Source: Callorhinchus milii (Eukaryota). Taken from it: a stretch of DNA of 64,000 nt. The position numbers and the translations under genes were made by a program. Shown in pieces: positions 14,101-25,135 of the stretch. The notes below the pieces were generated by a model. It was not told where the DNA came from, ran no database searches, and saw only the letters and a list, made by a program, of their open reading frames with translations. Numbering within the stretch: position 1 is the stretch's first letter; each line of letters opens with the position of its first letter. The stretch covers positions 86,988,001 to 87,052,000 of the forward strand of contig NW_024704742.1 in assembly GCF_018977255.1 (NCBI RefSeq). Reading direction: 5' to 3'.

Positions 14101-15861
14101 CTCCAACAAGTTTGTCCTATTGAAGTTGCTTTGACCTTAATTTGTACTAACATCTAATAGCTCAACTCTAGGGAGGAAACAATTCACACTTTGACAATGT
14201 TATTAGTTTTTTTTAATAGAATTTGAACATCTGTGCACTACACAACTAATATTTACTCTTTATCAGTAGCCTCCCCCCACCATTCCCATTCCCACATTGC
14301 TGCCTACCATCAACCAGGATCTAGAGAAGGAGAACAGACAAGCAGTACGGGCCCATACATTTAAAGAGCCAATACATCTTCAAAGTTATTCACTACTTAA
14401 AACAAATTTCTTGTGCACTAGAAGTTAAACTGTTTTTAACTTGGATTAACCCAAATCATTCTAGGAGTTGATTTACTTAAAAATACATATGGGGACATGA
14501 GCAAATGGCAACAACAATTCATTTCTCAAAGGGTTAAAGGCCTGTTCAGAGTGACAAACTTCAAGCTATGAAAAGCTAAATGTAAATACATTCAAATTTC
14601 ACCATGGCTTCTACACAACCTTCTACTGTGAAACAAACAATCCTTCGACTGGGTCTACACCCATGTTGCGAGCCAATGTGGTCGCACCACCAACACTAAT
14701 CATCGTTCTAGAATTACATGCTGTCAGTTCAGTTAATAAGCATAATTTATGAAGCAGACTATAATCCCATAATTTTAATATTAAAAAAAAGCCATCTTCT
14801 GTGCAACAGGCTTTATAAAGAACAAACCCAAAGCAGATGCTAAATAGAGGTACTGTTCTTTGTGAAGCTACTTTCTAGTCATGATAGAACATCGATCACA
14901 AAAGGTCTTAAGCGCATCACAAAAATGCAAGTCATTTTACTAGGAAGGAATACTAAGAAGGGACATTTAGTTGATTATTTAACAGGTACACTCATAGCTC
15001 TGCTTCAAAGTGTAAGGAACCACATACCGAGAAGCACAAATATTTGATTTCCAGGTAGGTGAAGCATTGGGTAAATTTCCTTACTCCACGCGCCTCTGTT
15101 TACCTAGCAGTAAGTAGGAACCTGGTTATTAGTCGATTGGTAGATTGCTTTTCGGGGTAATAATCCCTTCAAGAATAATAATAATAATCTGGTCACTCAA
15201 AGCACGACTGTTTGTGAACACTGCTGTGCGCAATTGGCTGCCGTGTTTTGCCTACAAAATATACAGTTAATTCACTTCACAATATATTCTGTGAAGCGCT
15301 TTGAGATGTCTCGAAAACGTAATAAGCCACTACATCAAATGCAAGTATTATTATTTAGAAGACGTGATAATAATAATGATACTTGCATTTGATAAGGTGC
15401 TATATCAAACGCAAGGATTATTAATATTATAAATATCAAATGCAAACTGCAAAAATTGCATCCCTAAGATTAGTTATTCATTCCATACCTGTGCAGGTGA
15501 CTTTCAGTTCAGTTTTACTATTCTCCCCAACGATAACCTAGTCATGGTAATCAACTACTACATTTCATCTTAAAGGAGGTACTATTGAGGATTGGCACAA
15601 GCCCTAGGAGTTATTATTAAGCCCCTTTGCCGTACTCCCCATTATTAAGGGTGCTTTGTGACCACAGTCAACAGGAGGATGTCACAAGATGCTGGACACT
15701 CAAGAGTTTGTAACCTAACCAAAAGTTAATGAAAATTCACTTGCCAGAGGGGAGCAAAATTAAAACAGTAACTAAAACTACAACTTGAATTCTGGCCTTC
15801 TGAATAAAAATCATCACTTTCTCCTATCTCACCTAATAAAAGACAAATTTTGATACTCAAT

Positions 15862-16552
15862 ACTCATTGGCTCCCATCAACTTCTTTTCTCTTGCGGGAA
15901 CTGAACTTCTCAACCTCCCCAGGCTCTCCCTCAGACTCACTGAACCCGTGCGCAACTTAGGTGTCAGGTTCGATGCCCAGCTTTTCTTTCTACCCCACAT
16001 CCGTTCCCTGACCAGGAATGCTTTTTTCCAACTCTACCACATTGCCCGCCTTTGTCCATACCTCACAACAGAGGCAGCAGAAACCCTCATCTATGCCTTT
16101 GTCACCTCCTGACTGGACTATTCCAATGCCCTCCTCGCTGGTCTCTCCAGCTCTACAATACACAAAATACAAGTAATTCAGAACTCCGCCGCTCGGATTC
16201 TCACCCACACAAAACTCTGCACCCCCATCACACCAGTCCTTGCCAGGCTTCTCTTGCCCCCAATTACTGAATGAATCAATTTAAAAATCCTCTCACTTGT
16301 TTTCAAATCCCTTCATGCCCTCCGATTTGCTTGCCCCCCACTCCCCCCTTCCGCTTGGCTAGGTCTGGCCTCCTTTTCGTCCCTTGTCAGCTCTGCTCCA
16401 CCGTCGGTGGCCGTGCCTTCAGCCAGTACACCCGGAAACTCTGGAACTCAGTCCCTCCTTACCCCCTCCCTCCACACTTTCAAATTCTGCCTGAAGGCCT
16501 TCCTTTTTGATGATTGGTGCTTACGGTCACCCCCCTACTCCCTCTCCGCCTG
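15862..16552 (+). mobile_element. L2 LINE 3' fragment
   Basis: Peptide [63 protein letters not shown] is the typical L2 ORF2 C-terminus. Confidence 0.88.
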
Positions 16553-16554
16553 CC

Positions 16555-17490
16555 CCACCATTTGATAAGATCATGGCTGATCTTCAGACCTAACTCTAAT
16601 CACCTGCCCTATCCCCTTATCCCCTAATCCCTCTATTTTTTAAAAATCTATCAGTCTCAGCCTTGAAGATGTTCAAGGACTGAGCATCTACAGCCTTCTG
16701 GAGTAGTGAATTCCTACCCTCTGAGTAAAGAAATGTTTCCTCAACTCTGTTCTAAAAGGCTGACCCTTAATTTTAAGACTGTAACTCCTGGTTAGAGATT
16801 CTCCTACCAGGGGAAACAGACCCTCAGTGTCTACTTTATCCAGCCCTTTAAGAATCTTATATGTTTCAATAAGATCTCCCCTAATTCTTCTGTACTCTAG
16901 AGAATACAGCCCTAGTTTATTCAGCCTATCCTCATAGGTCAGTCCCCTCATCCCAGGAACTAACCAAGTGAATCTACACTGCACCCCCTCTAGGGCAAGT
17001 ATGTCCTTTTTTAAATAAGGAGACTTCCCTACTCTTGTACTCTAAACCTTTCGCAATGAACGCTAACATGCCGTTCGTCTTCTTAGTTGCTTGCTGCATC
17101 TGCAAACTAACTTTTTGAGACTGGTGTACAAGGACACCCAAATCCCTCTGAACACTAACACTATCTAATCTCTCCCCCTCTAGAAAATAATCAGTTTTTC
17201 TATTTTTTCTACCTAGGTGAATAACTTCACACTTTCCCACATCAAATTCCATCTGCCACCTATTCGCCCAATCCCCAAGCCTATCTATATCCCATTGCAA
17301 TCTTTTTGTATCATCTTCAGAGCTTACTCTCCCACCTAGTTTAGTGTCATCCGCGAATTTAGATATGTTACATTCAATGTCCTCGTCTAGATCATTGATG
17401 TAAATTGTAAATAGTTGAGGCCCAAGCACTGATCCTTGTGGCACTCCACTAGTCACATCCTGCCAATTCGAGAATGACCCGTTTATCCCT
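16555..17490 (-). mobile_element. Relatively young CR1 LINE, 5'-truncated (RT C-half)
   Basis: ORFs 16974..17456 ([24 protein letters not shown]...SKFADDTKLGG) and 16688..16984 (YEDRLNKLGLYSLEYRRIRGDLIETYKILKGLD). Confidence 0.93.
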
Positions 17491-18298
17491 AAGAGTATGT
17501 AAGACTGTTCCAGACAAGAGTCGTTTCAAACGTGTTCCTAGAAAGATGTTTCCACAAATATTGCCCTTTTGAAACTTACATAGAACATTGTAATTTTGTA
17601 AACTGTGGTGAATGCAAACATCTGTCACTTTCTTTCATACTACATGTGTTTATACACAGTACTGTTTGAACATTTCTCAGCCTACTAAATAAGCACCTGA
17701 CAATAACGTAGCTTGTTTAGGACTGGCTTGGATATGGAACTCAGACTTGCAAGTCAGGTTCAGACTGCTTTTCTAACTTGGGTTTAAAAAAAATCTAAGG
17801 TATTTTTAAAGCAACTACTAGAAAGCAATACGGGATCCAAGCGAACTCTCTTTCTAACAAAAAAACCCTTAAACATTGTCAAAAAAAGGATCAATTAAAA
17901 TCATACGCTTCTCGACTGAGCGCTCAGAAGGTATGCACCCAGCTTCACTGAAATGCGACAAATCCAGGAATGTTATAAGATACATGGTACCATGGCAGTA
18001 ACTAGCCACAGGTGGAGGAGTGGTGGCCCCGGGTGGGCCGGGCTGGACCCCGCTGGCTGTGTGGCTCACAAACACTGCTGCCATTTGAGAATCGGTTCTG
18101 ATAGAGCAAAACGCAAAATTCAAAGGCAAATTTTTTTCTTGGGGGGGGGGGGGAAGCGTGGGAATGAGAGTGGGAATAGTTTCCCTCTAATGCAGGCTTT
18201 TACCCTTAGCCATCCGGTTTACCTTCCCAAAGCATATAAAATGAGAGCTCAATATTGGAGCTTAAATATATACATATTATGTTATACATATTATATTT

Positions 18299-18604
18299 GG
18301 AGTCCTGTAGCTCAGTGGTTAGAGCACTCGCTTTGCAAGCGAGAGACCTGGGTTCAATTCCAGGCATCAGGGCGAAACCTTGGGCAAGTTTCCTTACACC
18401 ACACGCCTAATAATAATCCCTCCAAAACCAAAAACAATAATAAAAAGAAATTGGTCATTTTCAATCTACGACTGTTTGTGGGACATTGCTGTGCGCAATT
18501 GGCTGCCGCCTTCGCCCACAAATATACAGTCAATTCACTTTACAGTGACGTCCTCCCGACGTGAAAAGCGCTATATCAAATGCAAGGATTATTATTATTA
18601 TTAT
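18299..18604 (+). mobile_element. Young tRNA-Ala(TGC)-like-headed SINE (short form) with Deu-type 3' half and L2-type tail
   Basis: A box gtagctcagtggttagagc, anticodon arm ctcgc-tttgcaa-gcgag, B box ggttcaattcc, body gtttgtgggacattgctgtgcgcaattggctgcc, tail gacgtgaaaagcgctatatcaaatgcaagg(att)n. Confidence 0.9.
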
Positions 18605-19179
18605 TTATATATATACACACACACACAAAGAAACAATGTAACACACAAACAACAACAAACAATATTTGCACTTTGCTCAAAAACCTTCATGTAGGACTGG
18701 AGGACAAGTGCTATTGGTGAAATTTGTAATTGGCTGATTCCTAAATGCCAAATTGAGACGATTTGAAACCAGAAAAAAAAACAATAAGGACAAAACAAAC
18801 ATTTATAATATGCATTCATACAGAGAGATAAAAACAAGCAGTTATTGGGCAGTACAACACCTGGTAAAAGGAAACGGGGATTGGGAGACCAGGAACATTT
18901 CCCTTTTAAAATAAAACACTTGGTGTCTGACCTGCAGTCCTCGCTTGGAAATTCAAGCAATTTATTAACCCCCAGAGAAAAAAATTAACCCAATGCAAAA
19001 TATTGCAAAAGGTACGACTGCTGCTGCCACTTTGGGTTATCAGCGAGTCGCTGACATTTGTTTCCAGTTCAAGTCTGAATCTCAAATGAAAAAAAAACTT
19101 AGGGATACAAATAAATACAAATGAACTTTTAAGTGGGAGAGAGAGAGGAGTGACTGAGGGACACAACCAAACCCAAACA

Positions 19180-20360
19180 CAGCGCCCCCCCCCACCCCCC
19201 CACTGCTGCTGCCCCAGCAGGAGAGCATCCCCAGCCTGCCTGGCTGGGGGGGTGGGGGGTGGGGGGGGGATTGCTGGGGTACCTTTTGCTTAGTCTTTTT
19301 TTCTTTAAGCTTCAGAGCCGATCCTCTCCTCGGAGATCCTTCCCAACATCAGAAACTTAGAGAGAGAGAGAGAGAAAGAGAGAGAGACTGACTGACAGCA
19401 CCGCACCTGTACATGACCTGACCTGATAAACGCGGCGCGGCTGCTGCGGTTACCAGACTCCTCGTTTCCACAACATCTCTCCCCCTCCCTGACATATATA
19501 TATATATATATATATATATAAACACAGATAACAACCCTACCGAGCAGGTTACCCCCCCCACCCCTCACTGTGGGGTCTAAGCCTCTCTCCGCGCTGTGAG
19601 GCGGCGCTGCTGCTCACCTGCAGTGTTGTTAGCGCGTTGTCAGTGGTTAGTTAACCAGTAGCCCAGGCAAAGGCAAGGGGTGGGGGGGGGGTCTGCCCCA
19701 GCTCTGCTGCCTGGAGTCAGTCACAGTCAGTGTGTGTGTGTGTGTGGGGGGGTCTGCCCCAGCTCTGCTGCCTGGAGTCAGTCACAGTCAGTGTGTGTGT
19801 GTGTGTGTGTGTCAGTGCCTCTGCAGGAATGTGTGTAGTCCCTGGGATGCTGTGTGGGGCCACAGAGGCTCAGTCTGTCTCTCCCTCTCGGTCTCTGCCT
19901 TTGTCCTGTAGCCACTGTGCGTGTGTGTGTGTGTGTCCCTCTCCCCCTCTCCCTGGGTCTCAGTCTCCTCTCTGCGCCTTGTCCCTTTGTCCTTGCTCCC
20001 AGACAGCATCCAGGCGCAACAAAACAACCCAACACCCACCCCCCCCCCCAACCCCCCAACACTTTTTTCCTGCCCCTCCAACCTTTCTCGCACACAGCAA
20101 CGTATCCACCCAAAACAAAAAAATACACACACACACACACACACACACCACCACCAAACCTCGCATCGCCATCTACCGTCGATGCTGCGACTGGCTGGAA
20201 GAATCCAAACAGCTGTGGGGTTTTGTTTTTTTTTTGTTTCTTTTTTTTCCCCCCTCCCCTGTCTTTCTCCTCCTCCTCCTCCTCTAAGTAGCTCCCAAGG
20301 AAAATGCTGTATAGTTCATTGGCTCTTCTCAACCTGTGCCTCGTACTTTCTGGAATTAGG
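19180..20360. promoter_or_regulatory. CpG-enriched, microsatellite-rich promoter-like island; probable first exon(s) of an unidentified minus-strand gene
   Basis: Local CpG clusters (cgcggcgcgg 19431, gcggcgctgc 19601, tcgcatcgccatct 20161 with a YY1-like core), G/C tracts, (AG)n, (TA)n and (TG)n. Minus-strand donors CAG|GTGAGC (19618/19617) and AAG|GTACCC (about 19283/19282). Confidence 0.5.
19691..19812. repeat. 61-bp tandem duplication (gtctgccccagctctgctgcctggagtcagtcacagtcag-(tg)n-(g)n)
   Basis: Identical unit cores starting at 19691 and 19752. Confidence 0.92.
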
Positions 20361-23300
20361 TAAGCAGGATGCCTCTGTCCAGGCAGAGAGTGTGCATTGC
20401 ACTCCCAACAGTCTCTCTCCAGGATTTCCATGTGTCGGTGGGATGCATGGAATTCTCAGTTTGGTTTGGATACTCTTAAGCAAATGATATCATTATAATA
20501 TTGAATAATTATAACAGTCGATTCACTTTACAGTATATTCTGTTAAGCGTTTTGAGACGTCTTGAAGACGTGATAAGGCACTATAATCATATGCAAGGAT
20601 TATTATTATTTATTATTATTATTATAAGCATGGAGATGGATTTCCACATGTGTCAGACACATGGCTGATCCCCCCCAAAAAAACAATTTCAGACCAGAGG
20701 CTTCTGCAGAAAAGATGGACTGTAGCTATTCTTCTAACCCCCACCTGCCTCCTCCTATAATCATACCACACAATGAAAACTAATATAGGCCAAACGAAAG
20801 ACGAGGATGAGGAAAGAGAAATTGAAATTGAAAATTCCCACTAAGCCATTCAGCTCAGGAATGAGAAATAATAAGTTACCATTTCATGTATGATCTTTCA
20901 TCCAAGATTAGCTTGTTCACTACACAGGGGGTCTTTTCGACAGTTACACTTTCCTTGAAACCCTTTGAGACGTCCTCTTGACATTGAAAGATGCCTTATC
21001 AAATCCAAGGATTATTATTATTACATTACAATTTGCTTTTTCGAGAATCATTTTTGCAATATTATTGTTAATAATAATATATATAATAAAAAAATATTAT
21101 TATTAGGTCAATCGATATTCCTCCTTTCGCCAGCATTACCGAAACAGATCAGATTTGGTCATTCACCTCATTGCTGTTTATTGGCTATTAATAGCATAGA
21201 TAAGATTATATGTTTGCCTCCACAAAAATAGTCACTGTAATTGAAAATAATCCATTGTGTGAAGCTCTATTAGACATTTTGATGTGATAAGGCATTCCAT
21301 CAGTTACATCAAGCATTTTATATTATAAAGCATCATATTTCTGTATATAGGAAATATTCTAAACAGAATATTCTGTTAAGCGATTTAAGACATCTCAACC
21401 ACATGATAAGGCGTTATATCAAATGCAAGGATTATTATTATTATCAATACACTGACCTGATTAATCTGTAGAGTATTTACAGTATTTACTGATTTCATTT
21501 AAAATTACGAAATGAATTGCTAATAAAAAGCATTAGCCTTTTCAAAAAAAAAATTACACCAAAAGATAAGTTCAAGGTGAACTGCATTTTACCAAGGATA
21601 TTTACTCAAAAGATCACAAAGATGTTGATTGTAAAGATCCTTCAGTCCATTCGATCTCATCCTTCTTTATTAGCACTCTCTACCACTGTCAATGTACCAA
21701 CATCAAGCGGTTTCTTAAATGTCCTGACCACCCTTCTGGGTAGTAAATTCCTTTTCTGTAAAAAAATACTTCCTGGTGTCTATCCCAAAATTATACTTCA
21801 AAATCTTTCTTGGCATATCTGAAAGTATTGTTCTGGATTTTTTAAAATCTAATTTCTCTATCTTATATATCATTATAAGTTCCTCTGAGATGTCTCTTTT
21901 CAAGACTGAACAGCACCAGCTTATCTAATCTATTCTCATTGGTACCAATTAGTGCAGGTAACAATTGTGCATTACAGGAAAGATTCTTCCCCACAGGAAG
22001 GGAATAAATTTGGTGATTAAGTCACTCCAGGTACCTCTTGGACATTTGCTGGTGGTTAGCAAATGCAAATACAGAAAGATTTGTGGATCACAAGAGAGGT
22101 TCGAATGAAGAAGGCCTTTGATCTCATCCTTCCAGAAAACCCATCCTAACATCTTCCCATTCCAACAACTTGCCACTGCCACCACAGCTGATCACACACC
22201 TTCCCGTTAATCACAATAATTGGAACATTGAATGGGTAACTACATGGGATAGCACTTGTCCACCCTATTTGTTAAGATTTTGTGGACAATATTTACAACT
22301 CCAAATCTGGCCTTAAATGCTTCAGACATATGTAACTTTGCCAGGTGTGTCTATTCAGAGCAAGTTCAGCTCCTGGAAGTTCGGAACTGACTTACATACC
22401 TCCAGCCCCCTCAAGGAGAATCAATTTAAAACAAGGTATTCATCGAGTTGAAGTTGGCATTCTTTTTTAGTCAGCTAGGTGTCTGATACATGCAGAAATT
22501 GATTGACATGCTAAACCTAAACAGTATTCAAATCAAACTATTGAAAGCTCTATATATGCATGCTATGTATGCATGAAAATTTCTTCACATCTGCAATGGA
22601 GATGAATTTCTTCACACCTGTGCTCTCTCCCTGAAGGGATTATGCTGTTTACCTAATTTCAAAACGTATTAGGCACAGGTTGACAGAAACCAAGGTTTAG
22701 GGAGCCCAGAGTTTGCATTGTGGTGCTGCTGGAGTTTAATTAGCTCACACCACTATTTTGCAAGCTTCTGAATGTTTGCTCAGCTAGGGCCATCCTACCC
22801 ATTAGAGATTTGGCTTGCACGGTTAACAGGAACCAAGTGGGAAGAATTCTGTCCCCAGTGACTGATCTGCCACACCGGGTCCTGCAGATGAGCTAGACTG
22901 GCTGGTCTGTCATCAACAGCAGAGTACTGTGGATCTGCCTGAAGCTGGACTACTGAGACTGCCACAGAAAATTAAATTGATTCTGATATTCTATTGCCAG
23001 AATGGAGCCAGTGCAGTCCCAAGGAGAGCCTGCTTACTTCCCGCTTAAGGAAAATAGGCATGAGTTAGTTATTAGATATCTACCAAGCGTGAGCGCCTTG
23101 CTAGGTGAATAGCAAACCTCTTAGTGAGGAAATGTGGAATTCACAGGAAATGCATGAGAGCATTGGCACTATCTTCCTGCCCAGAGCTCAGACACACGCT
23201 CCTGAAAGTGGAAGTTGGATAATCAAGTGGTCTAATTGATATCCCAATGTAAAACACTAGCTTTGTAACTGAATACTGCAAAAACAATCTGAACATCTCT

Positions 23301-24519
23301 TACCAATTGTAAACCAGCTTTGTAACATTTATAACAACAATAACTTGCATTTATATAGCGCCCCTCATGCCGGGTTGCGTCCCAGAGCACTTGACAGTGG
23401 AGGAGCATTACCGAGCTGGGGGAAAGGTCACTGGATGGTCGAAGAGGAAGATATGACTCGAAGGATGGGGAAGGAGGGAGCAAGGTGGAGGGATAGAGGA
23501 AGAGTGTTCCAGAATTTGGGGGCGGAGTGGCTAAAAGCACGGCCACTGAAGGTGGATCGGAGGGCGCAAGGGACAAGTAGGAGGCGAGAGTCAGTCGAGC
23601 GGAGGGTTACCTTTTATGAGCTTTACTAAGCACGTGGAGGATTTAATGGGAATAATGCCAAAACAAAATGCCCCTATTCTTGGATCTTAAACAAATTAAA
23701 ACAAATTAAATAATTTAAGTAAATGAGTGACTAGTGAATAACAAAATGAGTGTGCAGGCTCAGGCATATGATGTCTCTCTCACGCACACTTAATTTTCGG
23801 ATGAGATGTTAAACCGAGGTCCAGATGCCTGTTCAGGTGTACGTGAATGATCCCATCGCGCTATTTGAAAAGTGAAGCAGAGTTTCTCCCAGTGTCCCGG
23901 CCAACAATCCTCCCAAGTAAAATTGGTCACTCATTCAATGACTTTTATGAGATATTGCTGGGTGCAAATTGGTTGCCACATTTGCCCACAAAATACGTAC
24001 AGTCACAGTAATTTCTTGACAACTGGTATGGCACTTCATCAAATGCGCATATTATTAATGATATTTAATTTATTATATTTATCATCATCTCTATGTTTCA
24101 AGGAAGGTGCCACATTGATTACACTATGGAAATCTATAATTTGCCTATCGGGACACTAATATAATATCTCTAGACTTATCTATACTACTAGCAACCACCT
24201 GTGGACAGAAATAGTGGTAGATATTCTATCCAGCAGTTTTGACCAATGCTTTATTATAATGGGGAAATCCCACTTGACCCTGAGATTTTTGATGTTCTCT
24301 ATGTGAAATGACTACCAGATTTTCAGCCCCACTTTGCTGCTCAGCCAAACAAGAACACAAACTTTCCAGTTAACTGATTACAGGGAAGCATTGAAGGGGG
24401 TGGGGGCACGGGGGATGGTGAAGTAAATACTACACCTGACTTCAGCATCACCAAGTCAGGGAAAGTGGGACAGGAAATATGCAACCAGCTTGTTATTACT
24501 CTCTAATAACCATCGATGA

Positions 24520-25135
24520 TCAGGGGGTAACAATTTAAGATAGTTAGCAAATGAGCAGGTGAGGAGAAATGTTTTCACGCAACAACAACCAATTACATTT
24601 GTACAGCGCCTGTCACGTCAGGAGAACGTCCCAAAGTGCTGGACAGTAAGGCAACCGCATCCAAACTGGTGGTTGGGATCAGGAGGGTTTGAGGGCAGGG
24701 AGGGTAGGGGTAGGAGGGTAACTGAAGGCACGGTCGAAGAGGATACAGGTCTTGAAGAAGGCAAGGGAGGGGACAAGGCGGAGGGACTGTGGAATGGAGT
24801 TCCAGGGGATCCCGCTGAGCAGAGGGAGCGGACAGATTGGTGTGGGGTTAGGATGTCACAAAGTTAGGGAGGAGCAAGGCCATGGAGGGTTTTGAAGGTG
24901 AGGATGCTCAGAGTAGTTAGGATATGGATATCCCTGCCAGGAGCAATGGTTGAGGCAGAATCCATATTTGCTTTCAAAATGGAACCAGGTAATTATTTGG
25001 ACAGAGGTAAGTTACAGGGGTATGGCGAAAGGGCCTGTGAATGGGACTAAAAGGATTGCTCTTAAAAGGGTCAGAACAGGCACAATGGGCTGAATGGCAT
25101 TCTTCTGTGCCGTAAATTTCTATGGTTCTATGTTG
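24520..25135 (+). mobile_element. CR1 3' end with an antisense L2 3' fragment (24580-24905) nested inside
   Basis: The CR1 text gtgaggagaaatgttttcacgc resumes as cagagtagttaggatatgg after the L2 block that begins (aac)n-aattacatttgtacagcgcc. Confidence 0.85.

Noticed and set aside
18299..18372. Apparent tRNA-Ala genes (also 3638, 41039, 49810)
   Set aside because: They are SINE heads: no proper acceptor stem, and they run straight into the SINE body.
17953..18694. 203-aa and 104-aa ORFs, with similar peptides at 41037 and 49421-49803
   Set aside because: They read through SINE copies, so the recurring peptide reflects SINE sequence identity rather than a gene family.
19730..20487. Six overlapping ORFs of 70-217 aa
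   Set aside because: Open only because of (TG)n, (CA)n and homopolymer tracts in a promoter-like region; the composition is repeat-derived.
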